From assembly GCF_988243305.1 (NCBI RefSeq), contig NZ_OZ547136.1: DNA of 64,000 nucleotides; one strand, 5' to 3'. This document shows positions 11,061 through 22,495 of this stretch, piece after piece (the stretch's first letter is position 1; the number at the start of each line of letters is the position of its first letter). Position numbers and translations under genes: made by a program. A model generated the notes under the pieces. The model was not told the origin of the DNA and ran no database searches. It worked only from the letters and a program-made list of their open reading frames with translations.

Positions 11061-11596
11061 CAACGGTGAGAATCCACAAACAAAGATTAAAAAAACTTCA
11101 AACAGCTATTTGCAGCAGAGAAATTTGTGCTACTCCAACATGACCAGAACAATCAGCTTAATATTTAGCAACAATTGGTGATTAAGTTTTATGCATTTTG
11201 TGAAAAAAATCTGAGGAAAAGGTGGATATCTGAGCGATTAATACCATGAACGCTAAAACGCACAGCGGAAAATGCCAGCGCCAGTCATAAGTAACGCAAA
11301 AAAAGATTTAAGCAAATATAAAAAAAGACAATGGTTTCTGTCACAAATCCGTTAATGGATAGTGAGATATGGGGCGCAAATTTGGCAGGGAAATGTGTGG
11401 TGTGTTGCCGTTTAGATCGGATAAGACGGATACGCTGTATCCCACAATGAGTGCGGTGCCGAATTTGGTCGGTGCCAGAGGATTACTCGCCACTTCGTGG
11501 CTCGCCCTGCGGGCCGTTGCTGGCGCAACGTTCTCTCGCTTCGCTCGAGTCGAACCTCCCTGCCCCCGGAGGTTCTCATCCTCATAGGCTACAAAT

Positions 11597-11624
11597 GCAA
11601 AAAAGCCTGCTCGTTGAGCAGGCT
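11597..11624 (-). terminator. Rho-independent terminator downstream of proK
   Basis: Hairpin agcctgctcgttgagcaggct flanked by A-run on plus strand (U-run on minus). Confidence 0.75.
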
Positions 11625-11633
11625 TTTCGAATT

Positions 11634-11710
<77 letters not shown>

Positions 11711-11801
11711 AATGCGGGGCGCATCTTACTGCGCAGATACGCCCTCGTCAATCCCTTAATAGCAAAATGCCTTTTGATCGGCGAGAAAGTCAGCAGGCCT
11801 C

Positions 11802-13493
11802 TTAGTTAGCCGCCGCCTCTCTTGCCTGCGGGATGTGGCACCAGTTGTTGTTTTCGTTAATTCCACCATCCGGTGAAGTATAGCCAAGACAACCCATGAT
11901 GGTGTCGTACAGCTCTACATGACGGCGTGGCACTTTCATGTCGGCTTCTTTTTTCAGCTGCGCAAATGCCTGCGCATTGGCCGGATTTTCTAGATATTTA
12001 TCTGACATCCAGACCATCATCGGCACACGGAACTGCTCCGGCGGTGCCAGTTCACGCGGTGTGCCGTGCAGGTGCTCGCGTTCATTAATTGACTCACCGT
12101 GGTCAGCTGCGTAGAACACAATCGCTTTCTTATCGCGAACCTGATCAATCACGCTGGAGATAAAGTGATCCACATAGGTCACCGAGTTGTCATAGGAGTT
12201 GATCATCTGCGCTTTGGTACAGCCGCTATCAACACCAATACATTCCGGCTTCCACTGCGCAAAGCTGCGCGGGTAACGCTGGGTGTAGTTAAAGTGCGAA
12301 CCTTTGGTATGCAAAATGATCAGATGCTTGCCATCCGGGTTGCGCCCCAGCGATTGCTGCATTTCGTCTACCAGCAACATATCATCTACCGGCTTGCCAC
12401 GGTTACGTGGCTCCGCACCAATCTGCTCACGATAAGCAATGTTGTCTGCCATCGTGTTGCTGTAGAACCACATTTCGCTTTGCATAGCGTAGAGATCAGA
12501 ACTGAATCCTAACTGCTTCAGCACCGCGAAAATGTTCTGTTCTTTTAATGTGCGCTGCGGATTATCTTCCGCGCCCCCCTGACGTACAAACATGCAACGC
12601 AGTGAGAGTTTAGTTGCGGTATCACAGGAGTAACCACGGAACGCTGCCAGATTTTTCTCCTGGGCCAGCTTCGGCGTGGTATTACGCTCATAGCCAAAAA
12701 TGCCCATATGGTCCCAACGCGTGGTTTCACCGATGATAAACACGACATAAGTGTCATCAACGTTTTGCGGTGCCTGATAAGTGAATTTCTTCGCCGGGTT
12801 AAGCAATGAATTATTATCGGAAGATTCATCGACCCGCGCCCAGGCATACAGCCCCAACGCAGAAAGCCAGTTTGATGGCAGATAAGAGTTCGCTACGACA
12901 CCGCCATAGCTGGGCAAATCAACACCGGTCGCCCTCTCCACTTTCTTCTGCTGGATATCCAGCAAACGAATCGGTGCCCAAACCATAATACCCGCCAGTA
13001 CGACGACCGCCAGGCTGCGAATACGCTGCCCTGGGGTTCGCAGTTGTCGGAGCAAGGTGTAGCGACAGCGGTTATTCCAGATAAGGATAAGAGGCAATGC
13101 GCTAACGGCGATTAACCAGAGAATAAAGTTCAGACCAACAACTTCTTTTGACAGGTCGATATCGGTGGTCATGACGGAAGCGATGATGCCATAACCAATG
13201 ACCACATTAAGGAAGGTCATGTAATAGCTGGCACCTGCGGAAAAGAGCACCACCAGCGACGCCAGAATACGCCAGCTACGGCGGCCAAACAGCGAAAGAA
13301 GACGTAGTAAAAAGAAGGTCACCAGTACGGTGGCGGCCAGTTCAACAACAGCAGAAATGCCTTTCCAGACGGTAAAATCGTGCGCATAGCTGCCGAAGCG
13401 GCGGTAAAAAACCGCGCCATTCATAAAAAGGCCAATATAGATTGCAAGCAAAAAGCTCAGCTTCTGCTGTGTAATCGATTTGATGTATCTCAT
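11802..13493 (-). CDS. eptB: Kdo2-lipid A phosphoethanolamine transferase EptB (563 aa)
   Basis: N-terminal membrane helices plus sulfatase-like domain; start taken at [21 protein letters not shown]. Confidence 0.9.
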   Translation of the reverse strand: MRYIKSITQQKLSFLLAIYIGLFMNGAVFYRRFGSYAHDFTVWKGISAVVELAATVLVTFFLLRLLSLFGRRSWRILASLVVLFSAGASYYMTFLNVVIGYGIIASVMTTDIDLSKEVVGLNFILWLIAVSALPLILIWNNRCRYTLLRQLRTPGQRIRSLAVVVLAGIMVWAPIRLLDIQQKKVERATGVDLPSYGGVVANSYLPSNWLSALGLYAWARVDESSDNNSLLNPAKKFTYQAPQNVDDTYVVFIIGETTRWDHMGIFGYERNTTPKLAQEKNLAAFRGYSCDTATKLSLRCMFVRQGGAEDNPQRTLKEQNIFAVLKQLGFSSDLYAMQSEMWFYSNTMADNIAYREQIGAEPRNRGKPVDDMLLVDEMQQSLGRNPDGKHLIILHTKGSHFNYTQRYPRSFAQWKPECIGVDSGCTKAQMINSYDNSVTYVDHFISSVIDQVRDKKAIVFYAADHGESINEREHLHGTPRELAPPEQFRVPMMVWMSDKYLENPANAQAFAQLKKEADMKVPRRHVELYDTIMGCLGYTSPDGGINENNNWCHIPQAREAAAN

Positions 13494-13711
13494 GCAAACA
13501 AACCCTGGACAAACAGGTGATAACACCCTGCTTAATGGCTTTTCAGGCCAGGCAGGGGAAAAGTGCGGAGGTAGTCAGATAAGTAAAATCTACACGCGCG
13601 AATAAGTAGACCACAGCAAAGGGAAAAAGTGTGGGGAAAGAGTGTGCACGAAGCACAAATTTACAAAAATGCAAGTTTGAAAAGAGACTTTAGCGTTACA
13701 AAAAGCAGTAA

Positions 13712-13745
13712 AAAGGGCCAGTTAACTGGCCCAAATTTTACGCGT
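13712..13745 (-). terminator. Rho-independent terminator downstream of yhjX
   Basis: Hairpin gggccagttaactggccc with U-run on minus strand. Confidence 0.6.
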
Positions 13746-13816
13746 CATTGTTTATACATTGCGTTGAAGCGTTTGATTCACACTAAGGCTAAAGCCCAGT
13801 AGCTCGCGGCAGATGA

Positions 13817-15025
13817 TTAAAGGGAGCCATGCGCCTCACGCAACATTTTCTGCTCTGGCTGACGAATCGTCGTAGAGAGCGCCAGTGACAGAATCAGCAG
13901 GGCGAAAATCACGTAGAAGGTCACATAGAAGCCGCCAAACAGTGAGGCGATAATCGACCCACAAATGCTGCCGATACCGAAACCGAGATAAATCACACCG
14001 TAGTTTTTCGCCAGGTTATTGAGGCCGAAGAACTCACTGACCAGTGACGGGAACACCGTGATAGTGCCGCCAAAGTTAAACGCCACGCAGGCAATCGCTG
14101 CAAAGAACGTCACTGCATTCAATGGTGCAAACAGCAGGGCCGCCATACCCACCAGCGAAATCACCTGACCAATGGTGATAACACGGATTCGGGCGATTTT
14201 GTCAGACAGTATCCCCAGAACCAGACGACCTGAAAGGTTGGCGATGGAAATAACAGTGACTGCATTGGCTGCGGAAACCACATCAAGGTGTGCCAGACTT
14301 TGGGCGATATCTTTCGCTACCCCAATCACGTACAGGCCGCTCATGCAGGCAGTCAGGAACATTACCGCTAACATCCAGTACTGCGGTTTACGCATCGACT
14401 CTGCCAGCGTGTAATCTTTCTCCACGACACCATTGCTGGTTTTCACTTCCTGTTTTGGTGCGTCTTTCATTAACGTTGCGCCGAAAACAATCATCACCAG
14501 CGCAATCGCTCCCCAAATCACAAATGTTTTTTCCAGACCCACCGTTTCCAGCAGCTGCGTGTCGATAAATTTGAAACCCAGGCTACCCAGACCATAAGAA
14601 CCGATAGCGAACGCGGAGATCAGACCTTTACGCTCCGGAAACCACTTCACGCAGTTAGAGAGCGTCAGCAGGTAACCCGCGCCATCCGCCAGACCGACCA
14701 GCACACCGGCGCTTAACCACAGCATCATCAGGTTGTCAGAATGCGCTGTCAGGAAGAAGCCTAATCCCAGCAAAATGCCGGAAGCCATAGTGACGCGTTT
14801 AACGCCAAAACGTTCCTGTAATTTCCCCGCAACAGAAGATGAAATTGCCAGCCCCAGACTTAACAAGCCGAAAGAGAAAGCGACCTGGCTTACCGGCGCA
14901 TCCAGCTTGGCAGAAAGCGCGCCGTTAAACAGGCTCCAGGTATAAACCGACCCCAGCGCAAACTGGGTAATGATAGTACCGATGAGTGTCAACCAGCGGG
15001 TACGCTGATAATTTGAAGGTGTCAT
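13817..15025 (-). CDS. yhjX: MFS transporter YhjX (putative pyruvate/oxalate-formate antiporter family, 402 aa)
   Basis: 12-helix MFS protein starting MTPSNYQRTRWLTLIGTIITQF. Confidence 0.9.
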   Translation of the reverse strand: MTPSNYQRTRWLTLIGTIITQFALGSVYTWSLFNGALSAKLDAPVSQVAFSFGLLSLGLAISSSVAGKLQERFGVKRVTMASGILLGLGFFLTAHSDNLMMLWLSAGVLVGLADGAGYLLTLSNCVKWFPERKGLISAFAIGSYGLGSLGFKFIDTQLLETVGLEKTFVIWGAIALVMIVFGATLMKDAPKQEVKTSNGVVEKDYTLAESMRKPQYWMLAVMFLTACMSGLYVIGVAKDIAQSLAHLDVVSAANAVTVISIANLSGRLVLGILSDKIARIRVITIGQVISLVGMAALLFAPLNAVTFFAAIACVAFNFGGTITVFPSLVSEFFGLNNLAKNYGVIYLGFGIGSICGSIIASLFGGFYVTFYVIFALLILSLALSTTIRQPEQKMLREAHGSL

Positions 15026-15108
15026 GGCAGTATTCCTGCAGTAATAAAAAGGAAAAATCTCTGCTGACAACCATAACGAAGTGCACTTTATGCCTGGGGA
15101 AAAACGGC

Positions 15109-15139
15109 ATGAAATGCCATCAGAACGGAATGAAATGCA
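15109..15139 (-). promoter_or_regulatory. Direct-repeat response-regulator site in the yhjX promoter (YpdB/PyrR-type boxes)
   Basis: Two copies of GGCATTTCAT / TGCATTTCAT (read on minus strand) separated by exactly 11 bp, upstream of yhjX; matches the published YpdB motif as remembered. Confidence 0.6.
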
Positions 15140-15253
15140 TTAGTTCAGGAATGAATGACTCGACAATTATTCACTAAATTTATTATTTAGTAAGTTAGCA
15201 CCCACTATCGCCACAACTGTTGTTATCCAATGGTTTCAATTGTATCTATAACG

Positions 15254-15958
15254 TTAAAATCTGGCACTAACCCCCATCGTATACAGATAGTCGCTATTGT
15301 TAGTGGTATTTTCTGCCTGAGATAGCGCAGCATAGGCAGCAATATTTTGATTGAGCAACATATCAGCGCCTACGGTGACATCCAGCCAGTTGCCGTTCTG
15401 GTTTGTCGCCGTCATCCGGCTCAGGCCTGATTGCGCCTTCCAGATATTCTCGCCAAATTGCTGGTTATAGCTGATTTGCGCCCAGGGTCGGAGATCGCCA
15501 AGCCGGGAGTCAACACGCCAGCCTAAGGTACTCACGCTGGCATGCCATAACGGATCGGCCAGCGTGGTAGTACTGTCGCCAAACTCGTTATACATCGAGG
15601 TGGTTGTGCCATCGTAATGTAATGCCGCGACCGGGCCGGTTGTAACCTGCTCATATAAAGGAAAATTCCAGCCCATACTCATACTGCTGGTCACATCCAC
15701 AGGAGTTTCTTCCGCCAGATTGACTTCCAGTCCCAGCGCCCTTTGGCTACTTTGAATACGTTGCGACAAAATATCGTTGTAATCAGGTTGGTGATCACTA
15801 TCCCAGGTGTAACGCTCTGTGGAATGTCCGGGTTGCGTATCAACGATATATTCTTGTTGCCAGGCGTAAGCTGTGTTGAGAAAAAAGGCACTGATTACCA
15901 CACTCGCCAGCAGGCTTAGCTGCCAGCGACCACCGCTTTTTTTTATGATCATTAACAC
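15254..15958 (-). CDS. yhjY: Conserved protein YhjY (predicted outer-membrane beta-barrel/autotransporter-like, signal peptide)
   Basis: About 232-aa ORF with N-terminal signal peptide and C-terminal aromatic residue; start uncertain by 2 codons. Confidence 0.8.
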   Translation of the reverse strand: MLMIIKKSGGRWQLSLLASVVISAFFLNTAYAWQQEYIVDTQPGHSTERYTWDSDHQPDYNDILSQRIQSSQRALGLEVNLAEETPVDVTSSMSMGWNFPLYEQVTTGPVAALHYDGTTTSMYNEFGDSTTTLADPLWHASVSTLGWRVDSRLGDLRPWAQISYNQQFGENIWKAQSGLSRMTATNQNGNWLDVTVGADMLLNQNIAAYAALSQAENTTNNSDYLYTMGVSARF

Positions 15959-16109
15959 GACTCCAGGGAAGAGCCGAATTCGGCAATATTATTGTCATTG
16001 TATGAAGGATATCGGGCATAGTAGCCCTGTATTAAATATTGACTTTTTCACCGATGCGTCAAGAAAAGCGGCTGAAATTTTTACGATCGGGTACATAGCG
16101 AGGGAAAGT

Positions 16110-16673
16110 ATGGAACGTTGCGGCTGGGTGAGTCAGGACCCGCTTTATATTGCCTACCATGATAATGAGTGGGGCGTGCCTGAAACTGACAGTAAAAAAC
16201 TGTTCGAAATGATCTGCCTTGAAGGGCAGCAGGCTGGATTATCGTGGATCACCGTCCTCAAAAAACGCGAAAACTATCGCGCCAGCTTTCATCAGTTCGA
16301 TCCGGTGAAGGTGGCTGCAATGCAGGAAGAGGATGTCGAAAGACTGGTACAGTACGCCGGGATTATCCGCCATCGCGGGAAAATTCAGGCAATTATTGGT
16401 AATGCGCGGGCGTACCTGCAAATGGAACAGAACGGCGAACCGTTTGCCGACTTTGTCTGGTCGTTTGTCAATCATCAACCACAGGTGACACAAGCCACAA
16501 CGTTGAGCGAAATCCCTACATCTACGCCCGCCTCCGACGCTCTATCTAAAGCCCTGAAAAAGCGTGGTTTTAAGTTTGTTGGTACCACAATCTGTTACTC
16601 CTTTATGCAGGCATGTGGGCTGGTGAATGATCATGTGGTTGGCTGCTGTTGCTATCCGGGAAATAAACCATGA
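16110..16673 (+). CDS. tag: DNA-3-methyladenine glycosylase I (Tag, 187 aa)
   Basis: MERCGWVSQDPLYIAYHDNEWGVPETDSKKLFEMICLEGQQAGLSWITVLKKRENYRA...; start at internal ATG 16110. Confidence 0.93.
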   Translation: MERCGWVSQDPLYIAYHDNEWGVPETDSKKLFEMICLEGQQAGLSWITVLKKRENYRASFHQFDPVKVAAMQEEDVERLVQYAGIIRHRGKIQAIIGNARAYLQMEQNGEPFADFVWSFVNHQPQVTQATTLSEIPTSTPASDALSKALKKRGFKFVGTTICYSFMQACGLVNDHVVGCCCYPGNKP

Positions 16674-17110
16674 TTCGGGAAGCGCAACGTTCAGAACTCC
16701 CCGCGATCCTCGAACTGTGGCTGGAAAGTACAACCTGGGGGCATCCCTTTATAAAAGCGAATTACTGGCGTGATTGCATTCCGCTGGTGCGGGATGCCTA
16801 TCTTGCCAACGCGCAAAACTGGGTCTGGGAAGAAGACGGTAAGCTTCTCGGTTTTGTCAGCATTATGGAAGGCCGATTTCTGGCTGCAATGTTTGTCGCA
16901 CCGAAGGCCGTCAGACGCGGTATTGGTAAGGCGCTAATGCAGTATGTGCAGCAGCGCCATCCCCATCTGATGCTGGAGGTTTATCAAAAAAATCAACCGG
17001 CGATAGATTTTTACCATGCGCAAGGTTTTCACATTGTCGACTGCGCATGGCAGGATGAAACCCAACTACCCACCTGGATTATGAGCTGGCCGGTGGTTCA
17101 AACGCTGTAA
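16670..17110 (+). CDS. yiaC: GNAT-family N-acetyltransferase YiaC
   Basis: 146-aa ORF with acetyl-CoA binding motif [10 protein letters not shown]; 4-bp overlap with tag. Confidence 0.85.
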   Translation: MIREAQRSELPAILELWLESTTWGHPFIKANYWRDCIPLVRDAYLANAQNWVWEEDGKLLGFVSIMEGRFLAAMFVAPKAVRRGIGKALMQYVQQRHPHLMLEVYQKNQPAIDFYHAQGFHIVDCAWQDETQLPTWIMSWPVVQTL

Positions 17111-19412
17111 GTGTCAGTTCCGGACCGTTGTATTTTTCCAGCCATGCCAGCGCCGTATTACCCGCACAGCCATTCCCTAGCCGCGAGCTGGGGAGATCTT
17201 TGGTCAGAACGTTCACCGCGCCGTTTTTACAAATACCGTCAGCGGTTAAATCCAGATCCGGCCATGCCCCTTCATGAATACAAATCACGCCAGGTTTAAT
17301 TCCCTCGCTAATGACCGCTCCGGCAAGAATTTGCCCGCGTGCGTTCCACAACCGAACAATATCGCCATCTTGTATGCCGCGCGCCTGGGCATCGTCAGGA
17401 TGAATGGTAACAGGCTCACGATTTGCCACCGCGTACAATTCGCGCAGAGAACTGTAATTCAGCTGGCTGTGCAGACGATGTGCCGGATGAGCAGAAAGTA
17501 CCTGCAACTGTTCCGGTTCGGCATTGCCCTGCCATTCGTCCGGTTCCAGCCACATTGGATGCCCAGGGCAATCCGGATAAGCGTAATCGGCAATACGCTG
17601 CGAGAAGATTTCAATCTTGCCGCTGGCGGTTTTTAATGGATGCGCCTGCGGATCGCGGCGAAAATCGGCGAAGCGAATAAACCGCTCGCTGTCCGGGTTT
17701 TCCGGTATCTCAATTAACTGGTTGGCTTGCCAGAACTCAGCAAATGGCGGCAATTCAACCTGCTGGCTTGCCCCGCGCTGCCGGGCAACGTTATAAAACG
17801 TTTCCAGCCATTGCAGCTCACTTTTTCCTTCCGTAAACCGCGCATAGCCGCCCTTCTCCCAACGTTCACTCAACTCGGCAAAGACATCAAAATCATTACG
17901 CGCTTCATAACGTGGCGGCACCACTTGTTTCATCGGCACCAGATGCTGATTGCTGTAATCGCCGGTCATGGTGAGATCATTACGCTCAAACGAAGTGGTC
18001 GCAGGCAGAACGATATCCGCGTGTTTCGCCGCCGCCGTCCAGAAGCATTCAGAGATCACCACCAGCTCCGGTTTTTGCCAGGCACGGATCAGGCGATTGG
18101 TATCCTGATGATGAGTAAAGTTGGCACCGCCCGCCCACCAGATAAAACGAATATCCGGGAAATGTCGGTTCATACCGTTGTGTTGATATGCGCCACCAGG
18201 GTTTTCCAGTGCTTCAACAATGCGGGCAACAGGGATTTTATCTACCGCATCGGTGCAGCCAGGCAAGCTGCCCTGCATGGAAGAGAGCACCGCAGCGCGG
18301 CGCGTGGGGTTACCACCATTGGCAAAATGGTAAGAAAGTCCAAAACCGCCGCCGGGTGTGCCGATTTGCCCCAACATTGCCGCCAGCGTGACGATCATCC
18401 AATGTTTTTGCTCACCAAACTGTTGACGCTGCATTCCCCAGCCAGCCATCAGCATGGTCGTGTTTTGGTGGAAAAGAGCCGCCAGCTCGCGGATTTTCTC
18501 TGCGTTAACCCCACAAATCCCTGCCGCCCATTCGGCGGTTTTGGCTATTCCGTCACTCTCGCCCAGCAAATAAGAGGCGAAGACGGCATAACCGGTGGTG
18601 CAACGCGCCAGAAACGCTTCGTCGTGCCAACCATTTTCCACCAGCGTATGGGCGATCCCCAGCATCAGCGCAACATCGGTGCCCATGTGCGGTGCCACCC
18701 ACTCCATTTTATCGCCAAAGAACTCAACGGTTTCCGATCGCATTGGATCAATGCAGATCAGCTTTTTCCCGCTGTCACGCAGTGCAGAAAAGTAAGAAAG
18801 CCCCTGCTCATCGGATGCATTCCACGCAATTTTCAGCGTATTGAGTGGGTTAGCACTCCACAGCACCACGACATCGCTATGTTCCAGCACCAACGGCCAA
18901 CTGGTTTGCTGTTGATAAACTTCGCTGCCACCCACGACATACGGCATGATCGCCTGTGCCGCGCCGGTCGAATAATCCCCCAGATGCCCGGTATAACCGC
19001 CTGCCAGCGCCATATAGCGTTGTAATAATGTCGAGGCCTTATGCAGCACGCCGTTTGAACGCCAGCCGTAGGAACCAGCAAAAATCGATGCCGGACCATA
19101 AGCCTCACGAATGCGTTTATGTTGTTGGTGAATAAGCTCCAGCGCCTCATCCCAACTCACACGAACAAATTCATCCTGCCCGCGAATGCCTTGCGGTTTT
19201 TCCGGTGACGCGAGAAAGCCTTTGCGCACCATTGGAAATCGTACCCGCGTATTGCTGTGAACCTGGTCGCGAACCGCGCTCTGCAAGGAGTTTTCCATTC
19301 CTGTGGTTAACGCGCCACGCGAGCTAAGCACGGTTTCGCCGTCAGTTTCAACCAGCATGGGCCCCCAGTGGGCGGCAGTCAGAACGGAATATCGTGAGGA
19401 TGAGTTGGCCAA
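17079..19412 (-). CDS. bisC: Biotin sulfoxide reductase BisC (molybdopterin oxidoreductase, 777 aa)
   Basis: 777-aa DMSO-reductase-family protein lacking a signal peptide (cytoplasmic), in expected position. Confidence 0.92.
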   Translation of the reverse strand: MANSSSRYSVLTAAHWGPMLVETDGETVLSSRGALTTGMENSLQSAVRDQVHSNTRVRFPMVRKGFLASPEKPQGIRGQDEFVRVSWDEALELIHQQHKRIREAYGPASIFAGSYGWRSNGVLHKASTLLQRYMALAGGYTGHLGDYSTGAAQAIMPYVVGGSEVYQQQTSWPLVLEHSDVVVLWSANPLNTLKIAWNASDEQGLSYFSALRDSGKKLICIDPMRSETVEFFGDKMEWVAPHMGTDVALMLGIAHTLVENGWHDEAFLARCTTGYAVFASYLLGESDGIAKTAEWAAGICGVNAEKIRELAALFHQNTTMLMAGWGMQRQQFGEQKHWMIVTLAAMLGQIGTPGGGFGLSYHFANGGNPTRRAAVLSSMQGSLPGCTDAVDKIPVARIVEALENPGGAYQHNGMNRHFPDIRFIWWAGGANFTHHQDTNRLIRAWQKPELVVISECFWTAAAKHADIVLPATTSFERNDLTMTGDYSNQHLVPMKQVVPPRYEARNDFDVFAELSERWEKGGYARFTEGKSELQWLETFYNVARQRGASQQVELPPFAEFWQANQLIEIPENPDSERFIRFADFRRDPQAHPLKTASGKIEIFSQRIADYAYPDCPGHPMWLEPDEWQGNAEPEQLQVLSAHPAHRLHSQLNYSSLRELYAVANREPVTIHPDDAQARGIQDGDIVRLWNARGQILAGAVISEGIKPGVICIHEGAWPDLDLTADGICKNGAVNVLTKDLPSSRLGNGCAGNTALAWLEKYNGPELTLTAFEPPASS

Positions 19413-19564
19413 ACCGAAGACTCCTGAAAGGTTAGATGTATTGAGCAGTTAAATATTACTTACAAATTTCCGAGTATTCCCAGGAATAATCTTCATGTTC
19501 ACGCGGCATAATCTCCCGCCACGGAACCCGTGGCAAAGAATAAAAAGGTTATTAAGGATTAACA

Positions 19565-20224
19565 ATGAAGAAACGTGTTTATCTTATTGCCGCCGTAGTG
19601 AGTGGCGCTCTGGCGGTATCTGGCTGCACAACTAACCCTTACACCGGCGAACGCGAAGCAGGTAAATCTGCTATCGGCGCAGGTCTGGGCTCTCTCGTTG
19701 GCGCGGGTATTGGTGCGCTCTCTTCTTCGAAGAAAGATCGCGGTAAAGGCGCGCTGATTGGCGCAGCAGCAGGCGCAGCTTTGGGCGGCGGCGTGGGTTA
19801 TTACATGGATGTGCAGGAAGCGAAGCTACGTGACAAAATGCGCGGCACTGGTGTTAGCGTAACCCGCAGCGGGGATAACATTATCCTCAATATGCCGAAC
19901 AATGTGACCTTCGACAGCAGCAGCGCGACCCTGAAACCGGCAGGCGCTAACACCCTGACCGGCGTGGCAATGGTGCTGAAAGAGTATCCGAAAACGGCGG
20001 TTAACGTGATTGGTTATACCGACAGCACGGGTGGTCACGACCTGAACATGCGTCTCTCCCAGCAGCGTGCGGATTCCGTTGCCAGCGCGTTGATCACCCA
20101 GGGCGTGGACGCCAGCCGCATCCGTACTCAGGGCCTTGGCCCGGCTAACCCAATCGCCAGCAACAGCACTGCAGAAGGTAAGGCGCAAAACCGCCGTGTA
20201 GAAATTACCTTAAGCCCGCTGTAA
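19565..20224 (+). CDS. yiaD: OmpA-family outer-membrane lipoprotein YiaD
   Basis: Lipobox LAVSGC, Gly-rich segment, C-terminal OmpA-like domain ending NRRVEITLSPL. Confidence 0.88.
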   Translation: MKKRVYLIAAVVSGALAVSGCTTNPYTGEREAGKSAIGAGLGSLVGAGIGALSSSKKDRGKGALIGAAAGAALGGGVGYYMDVQEAKLRDKMRGTGVSVTRSGDNIILNMPNNVTFDSSSATLKPAGANTLTGVAMVLKEYPKTAVNVIGYTDSTGGHDLNMRLSQQRADSVASALITQGVDASRIRTQGLGPANPIASNSTAEGKAQNRRVEITLSPL

Positions 20225-20327
20225 TCCCTTTCATGCCAGGTGATGCAGAAATCACCTGGCATTCTTCAGTTTTCCTTCATCATATTTCAGGCTAAGGTGA
20301 TCGCCTTATCAGTGAATGGAGAGAAGC

Positions 20328-21302
20328 ATGAAGCCGTCCGTTATCCTCTACAAAGCCTTACCTGATGATTTACTGCAACGCCTGCAAGAGCATTTCACCG
20401 TTCACCAGGTGGCAAACCTCAGCCCACAAACCGTCGAACAAAATGCAGCAATTTTTGCCGAAGCTGAAGGTTTACTGGGTTCAAACGAGAATGTTGATGC
20501 CGCATTGCTGGAAAAAATGCCGAAACTGCGTGCCACATCAACGATCTCCGTCGGCTATGACAATTTTGATGTCGATGCGCTTACCGCCCGAAAAATTCTG
20601 CTGATGCACACGCCAACCGTATTAACAGAAACCGTCGCCGATACGCTGATGGCGCTGGTGTTGTCTACCGCTCGTCGGGTTGTGGAGGTAGCAGAACGGG
20701 TAAAAGCAGGCGAATGGACCGCGAGCATAGGCCCGGACTGGTACGGCACTGACGTTCACCATAAAACACTGGGCATTGTCGGGATGGGACGGATCGGTAT
20801 GGCGCTGGCACAACGTGCGCACTTTGGTTTCAACATGCCCATCCTCTATAACGCGCGCCGCCACCATAAAGAAGCAGAAGAACGCTTCAACGCCCGCTAC
20901 TGCGATTTGGATACACTGTTACAAGAGTCAGATTTCGTTTGCCTGATCCTGCCGTTAACTGATGAAACGCATCATCTGTTTGGCGCAGAACAATTCGCCA
21001 AAATGAAATCCTCCGCCATATTCATTAATGCCGGACGTGGCCCGGTGGTTGATGAAAATGCACTGATTGCTGCATTGCAGAAAGGGAAAATTCACGCTGC
21101 CGGGCTGGATGTCTTCGAACAAGAGCCACTGTCCGTAGATTCGCCGTTGCTCTCAATGGCCAACGTCGTCGCAGTACCGCATATTGGATCTGCCACCCAT
21201 GAGACGCGTTATGGCATGGCCGCCTGTGCCGTGGATAATTTGATTGATGCGTTACAAGGAAAGGTTGAGAAGAACTGTGTGAATCCGCACGTCGCGGACT
21301 AA
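20328..21302 (+). CDS. ghrB: Glyoxylate/hydroxypyruvate reductase B (GhrB/TkrA, 324 aa)
   Basis: D-2-hydroxyacid dehydrogenase fold with NAD-binding GIVGMGRIG; start at [12 protein letters not shown]. Confidence 0.9.
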   Translation: MKPSVILYKALPDDLLQRLQEHFTVHQVANLSPQTVEQNAAIFAEAEGLLGSNENVDAALLEKMPKLRATSTISVGYDNFDVDALTARKILLMHTPTVLTETVADTLMALVLSTARRVVEVAERVKAGEWTASIGPDWYGTDVHHKTLGIVGMGRIGMALAQRAHFGFNMPILYNARRHHKEAEERFNARYCDLDTLLQESDFVCLILPLTDETHHLFGAEQFAKMKSSAIFINAGRGPVVDENALIAALQKGKIHAAGLDVFEQEPLSVDSPLLSMANVVAVPHIGSATHETRYGMAACAVDNLIDALQGKVEKNCVNPHVAD

Positions 21303-21351
21303 GCCGCGACTGCGTGGAGTAAAGCCCGATAATCGCTCGGGCTTTTACTCT

Positions 21352-22062
21352 TTATTGGGTTGCAGTAACTGCTGTAGTCCAGGCCTGATTAAACGCCTGA
21401 TGCTGTGCCGGTAATGGCGCAATCAGTTTGTTATATTCACTTGCCTGTTGTGACGTCGGGAACTGGATGCCATTTGCGACAAAGCTCACCTGAGTACCTT
21501 GCTGAGCAATGTAGTCTCCAACCATCACCAGTTGTTGCGTGAAAGTTTGTGCCGCCGGAATCAACGGTTGCAATGCATCAGCTGGCGTCGTTACCACTTT
21601 GGTGAATGCCTGATCGAAGACCGGTTTCAGGTCATCGCTCTGTTTTAGCGCAGAGTGCGCAGCATCGGCCTGCAACTTCGCATTTTGCAGCTGTTGCGCC
21701 AGTACGCCCAGAGAACCGTTCATTTCACGCAGTGGGCCGCTTTGCGTAACGTAATCCTGCGGTACGCGAATTGCGTTAACGCTGTCTACGACCGGGCGCA
21801 GACCGGAATCCATCGCCTGATTCACCTGCTGAGAATAACCATACAGAATCGCGTAATCAGAGACAAAAGGACCAAACTGTTTTTTCTGATCGGCAGTCAG
21901 GGTTGGTAGACGTTCACCGCTACGCATCACTGTATTCTGCAGGAAGTCGATAAACGCTTTACGCTGATCGCCTTCTTTATCAAAACACCCACTCAGGCTA
22001 ACTACCATTAATAACGCCGCAAGAGGCGCAAACCAGCGAGAGCAGGACTTTCCTGTCGCCAT
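21352..22062 (-). CDS. yiaF: Putative lipoprotein YiaF (236 aa)
   Basis: Signal peptide with lipobox LSGC; start at MATGKSCSRWFAPLAALLMVV; longer ORF-track start rejected. Confidence 0.8.
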   Translation of the reverse strand: MATGKSCSRWFAPLAALLMVVSLSGCFDKEGDQRKAFIDFLQNTVMRSGERLPTLTADQKKQFGPFVSDYAILYGYSQQVNQAMDSGLRPVVDSVNAIRVPQDYVTQSGPLREMNGSLGVLAQQLQNAKLQADAAHSALKQSDDLKPVFDQAFTKVVTTPADALQPLIPAAQTFTQQLVMVGDYIAQQGTQVSFVANGIQFPTSQQASEYNKLIAPLPAQHQAFNQAWTTAVTATQ

Positions 22063-22495
22063 TTTCTTACTCCTTTCACCCAAAAAAAGCGCACAACGAC
22101 ACACGCGTGTCTGACGTGACAAGGATAGTCCAGGACAGGCTTGCAGGATACCCTTTCTACGTAATCTTCCTGGTAAAATCATGGAGAAAATGAAACAAGG
22201 TTAATTTGTTGTTTCATTGTTAAAAAATGATAGTGCCGTTGCTTTTTTTGTAGCCCGAGATTTACGCCTTCTCAGAACGTTAGATTTTCGAAATCTTTAC
22301 AAACCGGGAGTGGTAAGAGATATATCGGCATTTATCAGATCGTTAGGTGGCTATAAGTCACGCTAAATGACTGGCTGAATCGAATCATAGCCAGAGCATG
22401 CCCTGACTTCACCCCGCTGTGTCTGCTTTTCCCGACTATTCTTAATGAGCTTCGATGCAATTCACGATCCCGCAGTGTGATTTGAGGAGTTTTCA

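Noticed and set aside
15873-16109. N-terminal 79-codon extension of tag in the ORF track (and similar upstream extensions of dppB, yiaF, xylF, avtA, aldB, eptB, yhjX, yhjV)
   Set aside because: Extensions overlap neighbouring genes or promoters and lack RBS; start codons chosen to match known protein lengths and N-terminal sequences.
17727-19025. 432-aa plus-strand ORF antisense to bisC
   Set aside because: Embedded in bisC on the opposite strand; Arg/His-rich nonsense-like translation with no recognisable domain.
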